Part shown: positions 8,991 through 19,063 of the stretch, in pieces
Layout: each line of letters starts with the position of its first letter
How positions within the stretch are numbered: position 1 is the stretch's first letter
NCBI GenBank assembly: GCA_038207335.1
Contig: JBBQZX010000001.1
Span: forward strand, 128,001-192,000
Direction: 5' to 3'
DNA length: 64,000 nt
From: Chthoniobacterales bacterium
GTDB taxonomy: Bacteria > Verrucomicrobiota > Verrucomicrobiia > Chthoniobacterales > Chthoniobacteraceae
Made by a program: the position numbers and the translations under genes
The notes under the pieces: model-generated
Told to the model about the DNA's origin: nothing
Databases searched by the model: none
The model's input: only the letters and a program-made list of their open reading frames with translations

Positions 8991-10118
8991 ATGTGCCCAT
9001 TCGCTCTTCCCATCGCAGAACTCAAACCTGCCCTGGCCGGCTTGAGCAAAGTCATCGCCAAACGCACCTTGCCGGTCCTCGGCAATATCAAACTCGAGCG
9101 CACCGCGGACGGTTGGATCGCCCTCACCGGCACCGACCTCGATCATTACGTCACCGTCCGCCTGGAACAACCCGGCCCCGACGAACCCGGCGCGCTGCTG
9201 GTTCCTTTCGAGGAACTGTAGAAGACCATGAAAGCCTGCGGCAAAGGCGAGGAAATCCTCGTCGAGCCCCGCGGCAAAGACACGGCGGATATCAAATACC
9301 GTATTGGCGAGCAGTCCGTGGAATCCAAAGTCGAGTCACTGCCGTTGGAGGAATTCCCGGAAAGTCCACGAATCAAAGGCGACGCCATCGCATTGCCCGA
9401 CACGTTGCGCCGGTCCATCCACGAAGCCCTGCAATGCGCGAGCAGCGATGAGACGCGTCTCATCCTCAATGGCGCGTTTCTCGATGTGTCAAAACCCGAG
9501 GCCAACTACGTCGTCGGCACCGAAGGACGGCACATGTTCAGCAGCAACTCCTTCAGTCTGCCGATGAAAGACTCACTTCTCATCCCGAGCCACAAGTTCA
9601 TCGGATCGAAGGAGTTTAACAGCGACGGCGAATGGCAGCTCAAGGTGGCTCTCGCTGAGACGAAGGATGACGCCGGCTACGTGCAAATCAGCAGTCGGCG
9701 CTGGCGCTTCATCAGCCGCCAGATCGAAGGGAACTATCCGAACTGGCGGCAGGTCGTGCCGGGTTCAGACAGTTTCAACACAAGCATCGAGTTCGACACC
9801 GAGCTTGATCCATTGCTCCGGACCATCCAGCGCATGCCCTGCGACGATGTCATCAACTTCGCCATCGGGCTGGAAGTCACCGGCGGCCAACTCGCGCTGC
9901 TCGGCCGACCCTCCGGCACCGCCGACTGGACCCGCATCGAAGTGGCGGGCGCGAAGTGCCGGGGCAAGGACGTGCGGATATTCCTCAACCGAAACCTCCT
10001 CACCAAAGCACTCCAGTTCGGCCTCACCAAAGCGGAGACCATCGATGCCAGGGCACCCCTGCGTTTCAGCAACGTAGGCCGCCAGATGATCGTCATGCCC
10101 ACGCGACCCGAGACCGCA
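8991..10118 (+). pseudogene. DNA polymerase III beta-clamp (DnaN-like) paralog with an in-frame TAG
   Basis: KRTLPVLGNIKL, GTDLD, SSDETRLILNG, VGTEGR, IEGNYPNWRQVVP, IVMP.R; stop at 9219-9221 splits the 8991-9221 and 9228-10175 ORFs in the same frame. Confidence 0.8.
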
Positions 10119-10405
10119 CGCATGAGCCGAACGCGATGCGCAGCCGCCCTTTCTGCTCCGCCACCGGAGCCGTGACAAACGACGGCAGCGGCGCGACCCT
10201 TCGACGAGAACGCGGTAAAAGTAACGTGTCGCGGCCTTCAGTCCGTCGATCACGACCAGTCCGGTTTCCGCGGAGTCGCTGGCAAGCAGTGCGCCTGGAA
10301 TCTCGCGCGCACCGTCGAGCGCGGGGGGATTCGCCAATTAGCACCGACCACGGCACCGCCCCCGTCGCTCGAATCTACAGCCGCGCCTCCGCCGGCCCGA
10401 TATGG
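10115..10405 (-). pseudogene. N-terminal fragment of an alkaline phosphatase D (PhoD)-like gene
   Basis: Across two frameshifts: HIGPAEARL*IRA..., GLKAATRYFYRV, SFVTAP...LRIAFGSCV (PhoD N-domain plus AFGSC motif). Confidence 0.6.
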
Positions 10406-10647
10406 TATCCGCAACGCGCTGCAAAATTTCCTACAGGCGGGTACCGAGGTTGACAGCCTGCTGAAAGACATCGGTCTGACGGCGCGGGACGTTACCGCTT
10501 GTATCCGGAGGTTCATCCCCCGCGTGACTCGCAAAGAATTCTTCACCCAAATCGCAGCCAGTGCTGCGACGTGTGGCATTACGCAAGGCGCCCAGCAAAA
10601 CCCGCCAAGCCCGCTGCCGCGACCCACGCAAATCTCACTGGATCGCG

Positions 10648-10666
10648 CATGACAAAACATGACAAA
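10648..10666 (+). repeat. Putative integrase arm-type binding sites (right)
   Basis: Tandem CATGACAAAA-CATGACAAA about 100 bp inside attR. Confidence 0.6.
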
Positions 10667-10768
10667 TCGGCTGCGCAATCACGCGCAACCGTGCGCTTTC
10701 TCATAAATCGCATCGTGCATAAAGCCTTGAAATAGCGAAGATTTGCGCAAGTTCGCGAAAATTGCGGG

Positions 10769-10796
10769 CGGGTTCGAATCCCCGTTAGGGTCACCA
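10769..10796 (+). repeat. attR (displaced tRNA-Glu 3' end with CCA)
   Basis: CGGGTTCGAATCCCCGTTAGGGTCA+CCA; identical to attL except for one extra C. Confidence 0.88.
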
Positions 10797-11183
10797 TTCG
10801 CGACGCGAAGAAGTGAGTTGCCCCTGTGTTATCTCACCACGAAGGACGGCAAAACCGAGATCTCCCGTGCGCTCCTCGAAGGTGTCAGCACGCTTGCAGA
10901 GCCCCACGGCATCCATGGACGCTCTGGGACTGGAAAGCAGGCTTCGCGTAACAGGGACAAAGAAACGAACACGCCGCTGGTCTGCGAAGCGATTTCCGGG
11001 GTGTGACAGCGCGCACCTGCACCTTCACCCTGAAAGCCGGAGCCTCGCGGGCGATTATCGCGTCGCGCGGTCGATGAGTTCCAACCCTCGCGTCGAAGCC
11101 GTGGCGCGCGCTGCCTGACATCGCCATCCGCCCAGCAAGGCCACGTTTTACATTCGCACGGCGGCTGCTACTTTTTCCGACCC

Positions 11184-12488
11184 ATGAAAAAGCGGCTCGT
11201 CCACTCCGTCTTCGCGCTCGTGCTGGTGTTCAACGTCGTCCTCGGTCTGCGCGTTTACACCGCCCTCGCGGAGAGCGGCGAAAAGGATGACGCGGGATAC
11301 TCCAGCATGGCCGTCTTTGCGCGCGCCATGCAGCTCATTCGGCAGGATTATGTGGATGAGAAAAAGGCCGACTACGAGCAACTCACGCACGCCGCGTTGC
11401 GCGGGATGCTTTCTAGTCTCGACCCGCATTCGCAGTTCATGGAGCCGACCGATTTCAAGGGGATGCAGGACGACACAAACAGCCGCTTCGGCGGACTCGG
11501 CATCCACGTCGCGCAGCGGGATGGGAATCTTGTCATCATCACTCCGATGGAGGGCTCGCCGGGGGCGAAAGCGGGGCTCCAGCCGAACGACCAGATCATC
11601 AAAATCGACGGTAAGGCGACCGACAAAATGGACATCAACGACGCGATCGGAATGCTGCGCGGCGAGGTCGGCACGAACATCACGCTCACGATTTTGCGGC
11701 CCGCCACGCGGGACGTAAAAGACTACCCGCTCACGCGTGAGAGCATCAGCGTCGCCAGCGTGAAAGACGCGCACATCCTCGGGCCGGAGCTCGGCGGCGA
11801 GACTAAAATCGGCTACGTGCGGATCACGCAATTCAACGTGCCGACGGCGGACGAACTCAACGCGCGGCTCGACGAACTCGAGGCAAAGGGGATGCAGGCG
11901 CTCGTGCTCGATTTGCGCTACAATCCCGGCGGTTTGCTCGACTCCGCTGTGAAAGTCGCAGGACAGTTTCTTCCCCCGAAAACGCTCGTCGTTTCCACGG
12001 TCGGACGTGTCCCGTCGCAGAGCAAAAATTACCGCTCTGCGGATCATGTGCGCACGCGTCCGAACTACCCGATGGCGATTCTCATCAACAACGGCAGCGC
12101 GAGCGGCTCGGAGATCGTGGCGGGCGCGTTGAAGGATTTGAACCGCGCGATTTTGGTCGGCGAAACGACGTTTGGAAAAGGCTCCGTGCAAAGCGTGATC
12201 CAGCTCCAGGACGGCTCCGCGCTGCGGCTCACGACTGCGAAATATTATACGCCGAGCAAAAACGTGATCCACGAGCACGGGGTCGCACCCACGATCCAAG
12301 TGACGATGAACAACGATCAAGACCGGCTTCTCATGCTCCAACGGCGCGAGGAAGTGGCGAATGAAACCGAGAAAAAAGAACTCGCGAATTTCCACGACCC
12401 GCAACTCGAGCGCGCCGTTGATGCGCTGAAAAGCGTCGTTATCTACGGTGAGAAAAACGGGGACCAAAAACGCGCGTCGCTGAATTGA
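11184..12488 (+). CDS. ctpA: S41 family carboxyl-terminal processing protease
   Basis: LDPHS, FGGLGI PDZ, LDLRYNPGGLL, GSASGSEIVAGAL, GETTFGKGSVQ, TTAKYYTPS. Confidence 0.92.
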   Translation: MKKRLVHSVFALVLVFNVVLGLRVYTALAESGEKDDAGYSSMAVFARAMQLIRQDYVDEKKADYEQLTHAALRGMLSSLDPHSQFMEPTDFKGMQDDTNSRFGGLGIHVAQRDGNLVIITPMEGSPGAKAGLQPNDQIIKIDGKATDKMDINDAIGMLRGEVGTNITLTILRPATRDVKDYPLTRESISVASVKDAHILGPELGGETKIGYVRITQFNVPTADELNARLDELEAKGMQALVLDLRYNPGGLLDSAVKVAGQFLPPKTLVVSTVGRVPSQSKNYRSADHVRTRPNYPMAILINNGSASGSEIVAGALKDLNRAILVGETTFGKGSVQSVIQLQDGSALRLTTAKYYTPSKNVIHEHGVAPTIQVTMNNDQDRLLMLQRREEVANETEKKELANFHDPQLERAVDALKSVVIYGEKNGDQKRASLN

Positions 12489-13489
12489 GCGGGGGAAATT
12501 GCGTCCTCGCGATTGAGACTTCGTGTGACGAGACGGCGGTCGCGATCCTGCGCGACGGTGAGTTGCTCGCGAGCGAGGTCGCGTCGCAGATTGCGATCCA
12601 TCAGGCGACGGGCGGCGTCGTGCCGGAGGTCGCGTCGCGGAATCATCTGCGCGCGCTGCAACCCGTCGCGCTGACCGCGCTGAAAAATGCGGGCATCGGA
12701 ATCGAGGAGATCGACGCCTTCGCCGCGACATCCGGCCCGGGGCTCGCGACTTCGCTGATGATCGGCACCTCCGCGGCGAAAGGCCTCGCGATCGCGTGCG
12801 GCAAGCCGTTCCTCGCGATCAACCATCTCGAAGGGCATCTGATTTCCCCATTTTTCGGATCAAGCGAGGGCGTGCAGTCGTCGATCGCGCTCGTCGTCAG
12901 CGGTGGCCACACGCTGCTTGTGGAGATCGAGGAGTTTGGAAAATACCGACTCCTCGGCCAGACGCGCGACGATGCGGCAGGAGAGGCGTTCGACAAAGTT
13001 GGAAAGCTCCTCGGCCTCCCGTACCCCGGCGGTCCGAACGTTAATCGGCTCGCGACTGGCGCCGACCCCGCGCGTGTCGATTTTCCGCGCAGCATGGCGG
13101 ATTCCGGGGACCTACATTTCAGCTTCAGCGGACTGAAGACCGCTGTGCGCTATCTCCTTCCAAAGCTAGGCGGCATCAGCCTTCCCGACATCTGCGCATC
13201 TTTCCAGGAAGCCGTCGTCGATGTACTCGTTTCAAAGACAATGACCGCCGCGAAACAGACAGGACGCCGCATCGTCGCCGTCAGCGGCGGCGTGAGTTGC
13301 AACACGCGCCTCCGCGAAAAAATGCACACGGCATGTGCGAGCCGCGGGCTCGATCTCCGAGTAGCCGATCCGTCGCTCTGCACCGACAACGCCGCAATGA
13401 TCGGCTTCGTCGCCACCCTCCGCCATGCCCTCGGCGAATCCTCGCCGCTAACGGCAGACATCGACCCAAACCTGCGGTTGGTGAAGTAG
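12485..13489 (+). CDS. tsaD: tRNA t6A threonylcarbamoyltransferase TsaD
   Basis: LAIETSCDET, GGVVPEVASRNH, NHLEGH, SGGHT, DDAAGEAFDK, FSFSGLKT, CTDNAAMI. Confidence 0.95.
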   Translation: MSGGNCVLAIETSCDETAVAILRDGELLASEVASQIAIHQATGGVVPEVASRNHLRALQPVALTALKNAGIGIEEIDAFAATSGPGLATSLMIGTSAAKGLAIACGKPFLAINHLEGHLISPFFGSSEGVQSSIALVVSGGHTLLVEIEEFGKYRLLGQTRDDAAGEAFDKVGKLLGLPYPGGPNVNRLATGADPARVDFPRSMADSGDLHFSFSGLKTAVRYLLPKLGGISLPDICASFQEAVVDVLVSKTMTAAKQTGRRIVAVSGGVSCNTRLREKMHTACASRGLDLRVADPSLCTDNAAMIGFVATLRHALGESSPLTADIDPNLRLVK

Positions 13490-13625
13490 TCGAGCGCGCT
13501 TCCTGAGAGGTTGCGACGCAACGCCTCATTGATTTCACGCTTTCAAAGACCGCGCTTCGCTGCCGGTTGTCTCTTGCGAGAGGCCTGATGCGTGTGATTT
13601 TGCGCGCTCGTTTTTCTCCGACAGA

Positions 13626-15524
13626 ATGCCGCGCAAACTCCTCACGTTCATCATGACTGCCGCTGTCGGCGGCCTGCCGATCTTGTGCGCAAGCGGCTCG
13701 GAGGGCGGCGCGGCGTTTTCCAGCGAGATTCGCCCGCTGATGGAAAAGTATTGCATCGACTGCCACGACGACGGGCCGAAGCCGAAGGGCGACGTGAACC
13801 TCGATCAATTCCACCAGATGTCCGATCTCTGGCGAGACCCGAAACTTTGGGAGCGCGTGCTGGTGCAGCTCCGCGACCGCGTGATGCCGCCGGCGAAGAA
13901 GAATCAACCCGCCGATGCCGAGCGCGCGCAGCTCGCGGACTGGGTCGGTGCGACGCTCGCGAACCCCGATGTTTCCAGCATTCCGCGCGATCCCGGTGCG
14001 CATGTCGTCCATCGCCTGAACGCGCTGGAATACAACAACACGATGCGCGATTTACTCGGCGTCGAGACACATCCCGCCGACCAATTTCCACCCGACAGCG
14101 GCGGTGGTGGCGGTTTCGACAACAACGCCGGAACGCTCTTCATCCCGCCGATCCTGCTGGAAAAATATCTCTCCGCAGCCGCCGATGTGATCGCCGCCGC
14201 GAAGCCGGAGATGCTCTTCGCCGCCCGCCCCGGCGCACCGCTCGACGATCGCGCCGCGGCAAAAGCGTCCATTGCGCAATTCACCACACGCGCATTTCGG
14301 CGACCCGCGACCGATGAGGAAATCACGCGTCTGTTCGCATTTTACGAAAAGGCCCAAGCGGGAGGTGATGACTCGGAAGCGGCTCTGCGCCTTGCTTTCC
14401 GGGCAGTGCTCGTCTCGCCGCACTTCCTTTTCCGAGTCGAGCAGGAGCGCGAGAATCAGCCCGAGCCGTATCGTATCGGCGACTACGAGCTCGCGAGCCG
14501 GCTCTCGTATTTCCTCTGGTCGTCGATCCCCGACGACGCGCTGTTCCGCGATGCTGCCACAGGAAAACTGCACGACCCCGTGACACTCGATGCGCAAGTC
14601 CGGCGGATGCTTGCCGACCCGAAGGCGCGCACTTTCGCGCAGAACTTCGCAAGTCAATGGCTCCGAACCAAAGAGCTGCACACGACCGTCGAGCCGGCGA
14701 AGGAGAAGTTCCCGAACTTCACGCCTGAGCTGCGCGAGGCGTGCTACCGCGAGCCCGTCGAGTTTTTCCACGCGATGCTGCGCGACAATCGCCCTCTGAC
14801 CGACCTGCTCGATGCCGATTACACCTTTCTCAACGAGCCACTCGCGAGGCTCTACGGCGTGCCCGGCGTGACCGGGCCGGAGATGCGTCGCGTCGTCTTG
14901 AAAGATCACAATCGCGGCGGCGTGCTCGGCATGGCCGCTGTCCTCACTCTCAGCAGTTACCCGCAGCGGACGAGCCCGGTGCTGCGCGGAAAGTGGGTGA
15001 TGGAGGAAATTCTCGGCACGCCGCCGCCACCACCTCCTCCGCTGGTGAACACGCAACAGATTGGGAGCGACCGACTGAAGGACGGCCTCACTTTCCGCCA
15101 GCGGCTCGAGCAACATCGCGAAGATCCGAAGTGCGCTGGCTGCCACGCGCGGATGGACCCGCTCGGCTTCGGTCTGGAAAATTTCGACGCAATCGGAGCG
15201 TGGCGCGGCATGGTTTCGGACCGACCGATCGACGCGGCGGGGAAGATGGTGACGGGTGAGACATTCACCGGCCCCGCGGAACTGAAGGCACTGCTGCTGA
15301 CGCGAAAAGACGAGTTTACGCGAACGCTCACGGAGAAGATGCTCGCGTATGCGCTGGGCCGCGGGATCGAGCCTTGCGACTGGATCGCCGTGCGGCAGAT
15401 TGCCACCGCCACCGCTTCGGACGGTTACAGTCTGCAGCGGCTCGTGCTCGAAGTCGCGCGCAGCTTCCCATTTCAATACCGGCGTCCGCCCGAGCAGAAA
15501 AACGTCGTCCTTTCCAAACCATGA
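13626..15524 (+). CDS. DUF1592/DUF1588 (PSD-domain) cytochrome-c-like protein
   Basis: CIDCH and CAGCH heme motifs, RLNALEYNNTMRDL, ELASRLSYFLWSS, RTSPVLRGKW, DPLGFGLENFD, YALGR. Confidence 0.9.
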   Translation: MPRKLLTFIMTAAVGGLPILCASGSEGGAAFSSEIRPLMEKYCIDCHDDGPKPKGDVNLDQFHQMSDLWRDPKLWERVLVQLRDRVMPPAKKNQPADAERAQLADWVGATLANPDVSSIPRDPGAHVVHRLNALEYNNTMRDLLGVETHPADQFPPDSGGGGGFDNNAGTLFIPPILLEKYLSAAADVIAAAKPEMLFAARPGAPLDDRAAAKASIAQFTTRAFRRPATDEEITRLFAFYEKAQAGGDDSEAALRLAFRAVLVSPHFLFRVEQERENQPEPYRIGDYELASRLSYFLWSSIPDDALFRDAATGKLHDPVTLDAQVRRMLADPKARTFAQNFASQWLRTKELHTTVEPAKEKFPNFTPELREACYREPVEFFHAMLRDNRPLTDLLDADYTFLNEPLARLYGVPGVTGPEMRRVVLKDHNRGGVLGMAAVLTLSSYPQRTSPVLRGKWVMEEILGTPPPPPPPLVNTQQIGSDRLKDGLTFRQRLEQHREDPKCAGCHARMDPLGFGLENFDAIGAWRGMVSDRPIDAAGKMVTGETFTGPAELKALLLTRKDEFTRTLTEKMLAYALGRGIEPCDWIAVRQIATATASDGYSLQRLVLEVARSFPFQYRRPPEQKNVVLSKP

Positions 15525-16906
15525 ACGCGCACTCCATCTCCCGCCGCACGATGCTGAAAGGCCTCGGCGCGTGCCTCGCCCTTCCGCTGCTGGAGACGAT
15601 GCGACCGCTCCGCGCGATGGCTGGCGCACCCGCACATCCCGTGCGGATGGCGGTGCTTTACATGCCGAATGGCGTGCGCCAGGACGCGTGGACTCCGGCC
15701 ACAATTGGGAAAAATTTCGAGCTGTCGCGCCTGTTGCAGCCGCTCGCGCCGCATCGCGACGACCTGCTCGTTCTATCCGAGCTGTGGAATGCCGCGAGCG
15801 ACACCGGCGACGGGCATTACGTGAAGACGGGCGGCTTTCTCACGGGCACCACGATCACGCGGACCACCGGCGCGAATCTCAGCAGCAACGGCGTCTCGAT
15901 GGATCAGCTCTGCGCGAAACGCATCGGCAACCAGACCCTGCTGCCGTCGCTCGAACTCGGCATCGAGCCGCCTGCGACCGGCGTCGATGCGAACGTCGGC
16001 TACACGCAACTCTACGGCGCGCACGTCGCATGGAGCACACCGACGACGCCGCTCACAAAGGAGATCAATCCAAAGCTCGCCTTCGACCGCATTTTCCGCC
16101 CAAAAGCCGCGCCCGGCGATCGCGCTGCGGCGGCGACGCGCGACCGCAGCGTGCTCGATCTCGTGAGCGAAGATGCGCGCGCGTTGCAGAAAAAACTCGG
16201 TGCGGCGGATCGCGAAAAACTCGGCGAATATCTCGAAAGTGTGCGCTCCGTCGAGCAGCGGATCGAGTGGGATGCGCAGCGGCAAAATGCGACCGTGATG
16301 AGCGATCCGCTCGCGCTCAAGGAGATCGAAGCTCTCGGCCGCAGAGCCGATGCCTACGGCGATCCAGGGCGGGTGAGTGAGCGAAAAGGCGACCACACCG
16401 AGCACGTGCGGCTGATGCTCGACCTCGTCGCGCTGGCCTTCTGGACCGACGCCACCCGCATCGCCACGTTCATGTTTGGCAACGCTGTGAGCAGCCGTTC
16501 GTTCGCGTTTTTAGGGAGTGGATTCGGCGGGCATCACGAGACTTCGCATCACGAAAATCGGCAGGACAAACTCGACCGCTACGAGCGGATCAATCTGTGG
16601 CACCTCGAGCACTACGCTTACCTGCTCGGGAAGCTGAAAAGCATTCGCGAAGGCGAGGGGACGCTGCTCGATCACTCGATGATTCTCTTCGGCGCCGGGA
16701 TGCGCGACGGCAACGCGCATAATCCGCACAATCTCCCCATCGTGCTCGCCGGGCGCGCAGGCGGAACGCTCGCGACAGGACGGCATCTTGCTTTCGACAA
16801 GAACACGCCGCTCACGAATTTGTATCGCTCGATGCTCGCGCGGATGGGAACGCCCGTGGAGCACTTCGCCGACAGCACCGGCGAGCTCGCGGGCATCGCG
16901 GGCTGA
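15521..16906 (+). CDS. DUF1552 domain protein (Tat signal)
   Basis: SRRTMLKG Tat motif, YMPNGV, SLELG, GEGTLLDHS, H...NLP; ATGA overlap with the upstream DUF1592 gene (canonical pair). Confidence 0.9.
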   Translation: MNAHSISRRTMLKGLGACLALPLLETMRPLRAMAGAPAHPVRMAVLYMPNGVRQDAWTPATIGKNFELSRLLQPLAPHRDDLLVLSELWNAASDTGDGHYVKTGGFLTGTTITRTTGANLSSNGVSMDQLCAKRIGNQTLLPSLELGIEPPATGVDANVGYTQLYGAHVAWSTPTTPLTKEINPKLAFDRIFRPKAAPGDRAAAATRDRSVLDLVSEDARALQKKLGAADREKLGEYLESVRSVEQRIEWDAQRQNATVMSDPLALKEIEALGRRADAYGDPGRVSERKGDHTEHVRLMLDLVALAFWTDATRIATFMFGNAVSSRSFAFLGSGFGGHHETSHHENRQDKLDRYERINLWHLEHYAYLLGKLKSIREGEGTLLDHSMILFGAGMRDGNAHNPHNLPIVLAGRAGGTLATGRHLAFDKNTPLTNLYRSMLARMGTPVEHFADSTGELAGIAG

Positions 16907-16963
16907 CGATTGTTGGCGACAATCCGCAATCGCCAAGTTGCGATCGGTGGCTAGATTTCCGGG

Positions 16964-17359
16964 ATGGAAATCACCACACAACTCTCGGTTTTTCTTTCGA
17001 ACAAGGCTGGCACGCTGGCGGCGGTCTGCGAGGAATTGGCGGCGGCGAAGATCAATATTTACGCGCTCACGATCTCAGACACGATCGACCACGCGGTCGT
17101 GCGAATGGTGGTGAGCGACTCGCTGAAGGCGCTGCACATCTTCGGCGATCATGGCGTGCTCGCGGTGGAGTCGCAGGTGCTGATGATCGAAAACAGTAAC
17201 AAGCCGGGTTCGCTCGCGGCGATCGCGGAGAAGCTGGCGAAAGCGAAAATCAATATCGAATACGCCTACCTCGCGACGAGTCCTGACGCGAAAAAAGGCC
17301 TGCTTGTGCTGCGCGTGAAGAAGCCGAAGAAAGCGCTCAAGGTATTGAGCGCGGAGTAG
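16964..17359 (+). CDS. Tandem ACT-domain protein
   Basis: QLSVFLSNKAGTLA...INIYAL and NKPGSLA...INIEYAY. Confidence 0.88.
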   Translation: MEITTQLSVFLSNKAGTLAAVCEELAAAKINIYALTISDTIDHAVVRMVVSDSLKALHIFGDHGVLAVESQVLMIENSNKPGSLAAIAEKLAKAKINIEYAYLATSPDAKKGLLVLRVKKPKKALKVLSAE

Positions 17360-17367
17360 CTGCCGAG

Positions 17368-18102
17368 TCACTGTTTTGCAGCAGAGAGCCCTTCGGCTTC
17401 GAGCCGCGCGACCTGCCACATGTAGCCGGGATTTCCCGCGGAGCGTGCGTCGTCGAATGTCGCGACTGCGGCGCGGAGATCCTTGAGGGCGGCGGGGCGG
17501 TGGCCCATGAGCAGTTCGTAGAGACCGATGTAGTAGTGGGCGAAAAATTGGACGCTCGTTTCAGCGCCGAGACTCTTTTGATCGATCTCACCGAGCACGT
17601 CGGATGGTGACCTTTTGCCGGCGAACATCTCGTACAGCTCCGGGAACGGCTCGCGGTCGAAACGGTCGTACACGAGCATTTTCTCTCGTGCGTTGTCGAT
17701 ACCGCCGGCGCGCGCGTCGGCGAGGAATTTCCAGATGCCGTTCTCCCGGTCGTGGCCGTCGTAATTATGATATTTCTCGAACTGCCGCGACGCCTTCTCA
17801 AACGCCCCGGTGAAGTAATACGCGATCCCGAGGCGCCAGTGGGGCGCGTCCTGCGCGGGGTCGAGCGCGATCATCTTCTCGAAATCCGCCACCGCGTCCG
17901 GGAAGCGCGCGAGGAAAAGCTCCGCGTCGCCGCGATGTGAGAGCGCGGTGATCGACTCGGGCGTCTTGTCGAGCACCGCGGTGGCGGCGGCGATGTCCTC
18001 CTCGAACCCCGCGAGCATATCGGCGCGGCGCACATCGCGCTCGAGATCGGCGGCGAGCAAAAACCGCGGGACGATGAGCAGGAGGAGGTAAAGCGAGCGC
18101 AT
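17368..18102 (-). CDS. Secreted TPR protein (NlpI-like)
   Basis: Signal peptide, RGDAELFL..F.DAVADFEK, HWRLGIAYYF, DRENGIW, F.AHYYIGL. Confidence 0.8.
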   Translation of the reverse strand: MRSLYLLLLIVPRFLLAADLERDVRRADMLAGFEEDIAAATAVLDKTPESITALSHRGDAELFLARFPDAVADFEKMIALDPAQDAPHWRLGIAYYFTGAFEKASRQFEKYHNYDGHDRENGIWKFLADARAGGIDNAREKMLVYDRFDREPFPELYEMFAGKRSPSDVLGEIDQKSLGAETSVQFFAHYYIGLYELLMGHRPAALKDLRAAVATFDDARSAGNPGYMWQVARLEAEGLSAAKQ

Positions 18103-18204
18103 ATGCGGACAATGCGGAATCAGTGGCGCAGACGCGAATCTTTCGCGAAATTCCACACATTCCCGACGCCTTGCGGCGTTGTGAGAAAAAACATCACCAC
18201 CACC

Positions 18205-18870
18205 ATGAACCTCACCTCACTCCCCGACTTCGATCGCCGCAAATTCATCTCCCGCTGCGGCCTCACCCTCGCCTTCTTCGCCACCCCCGGCGCATTCGCC
18301 GAGGAACTCACCGCCACCCCCAAACAGACCGAAGGCCCCTTCTACCCCGACCACCTCCCCCTCGACACCGACAACGACCTCATCCTCGTCAACGACTCCA
18401 CCACCCCCGCCGTCGGCGCCATCACCTACCTCAGCGGGCGCATCCTCGACATGCACGGCGAGCCCATCCGCAACGCCCTCGTCGAAATCTGGCAGTGCGA
18501 CAACAACGGCGCCTACTTCCACAGCCGCACCGGCAACGCCGACAAACACGACGCGAACTTCCAGGGCTTCGGCCGCTTCATGACCGGCAGCACCGGCGAG
18601 TACCTCTTCCGCACCATCAAACCCGTCTCCTACCCAGGCCGCTGCCCCCACGTCCACTTCGCCATCAAGATGAAAGGCCGCGAAAAATGGACCACCCAGT
18701 GCTACATCCGCGGCGACGCCAGCAACGACCGCGACGGCGTCTATCGCGGCATCCGGGACGAAAAGCAGCGCGACTCCGTCACCGTCGATTTCGCCGCGCT
18801 GAAGGACGCCCGTGCCGGCGAACTCGCCGCCCGCTTCGACATCGTCATGGGCTACACACCGGTGGTGTGA
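18205..18870 (+). CDS. Tat-exported intradiol ring-cleavage dioxygenase family protein
   Basis: DRRKFI Tat motif, TEGPFYP, VEIWQCD..G.Y, FRTIKPVSYPGRCPHVHF. Confidence 0.88.
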   Translation: MNLTSLPDFDRRKFISRCGLTLAFFATPGAFAEELTATPKQTEGPFYPDHLPLDTDNDLILVNDSTTPAVGAITYLSGRILDMHGEPIRNALVEIWQCDNNGAYFHSRTGNADKHDANFQGFGRFMTGSTGEYLFRTIKPVSYPGRCPHVHFAIKMKGREKWTTQCYIRGDASNDRDGVYRGIRDEKQRDSVTVDFAALKDARAGELAARFDIVMGYTPVV

Positions 18871-19063
18871 GGGAATCTTTCGATTCATCTTTTGCCTGAC
18901 CATATTTTCGAGCGTCCCATGCGCTCCGTTTCAACGTCCCACCGGCGTTTGTGCCGGTCACCTTGACACTGAATCCCAAGATCGGGAAGTGCGCGCAGCT
19001 AATTTCAACCTCGCGCATGTAGTAGGGAAATTTCTTTTGATTGTGACAAAAATGTTGCAATCG

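Larger units (their letters stand above)
2261..10793. mobile_element. Degraded integrative element/genomic island inserted at tRNA-Glu
   Basis: Direct repeat of the tRNA 3' end (2261-2284 vs 10769-10793), integrase fragment next to the tRNA, tandem CATGACAAAA-like arm sites at both ends, multiple pseudogenes inside. Confidence 0.88.

Noticed and set aside
9219..9221. Amber (TAG) recoding in the island, since three pseudogenes have in-frame TAG
   Set aside because: The same region also has frameshifts and deletions, the expected residues differ (probably Gln vs Trp), and TAG is a normal stop at 7325-7327; simple decay is more likely.
10769..10796. Second tRNA gene
   Set aside because: Only the T-arm and acceptor 3' strand are present; this is attR.
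10800..11180. Small ORFs between attR and ctpA
   Set aside because: No recognisable motifs or convincing start signals; a gene cannot be supported.
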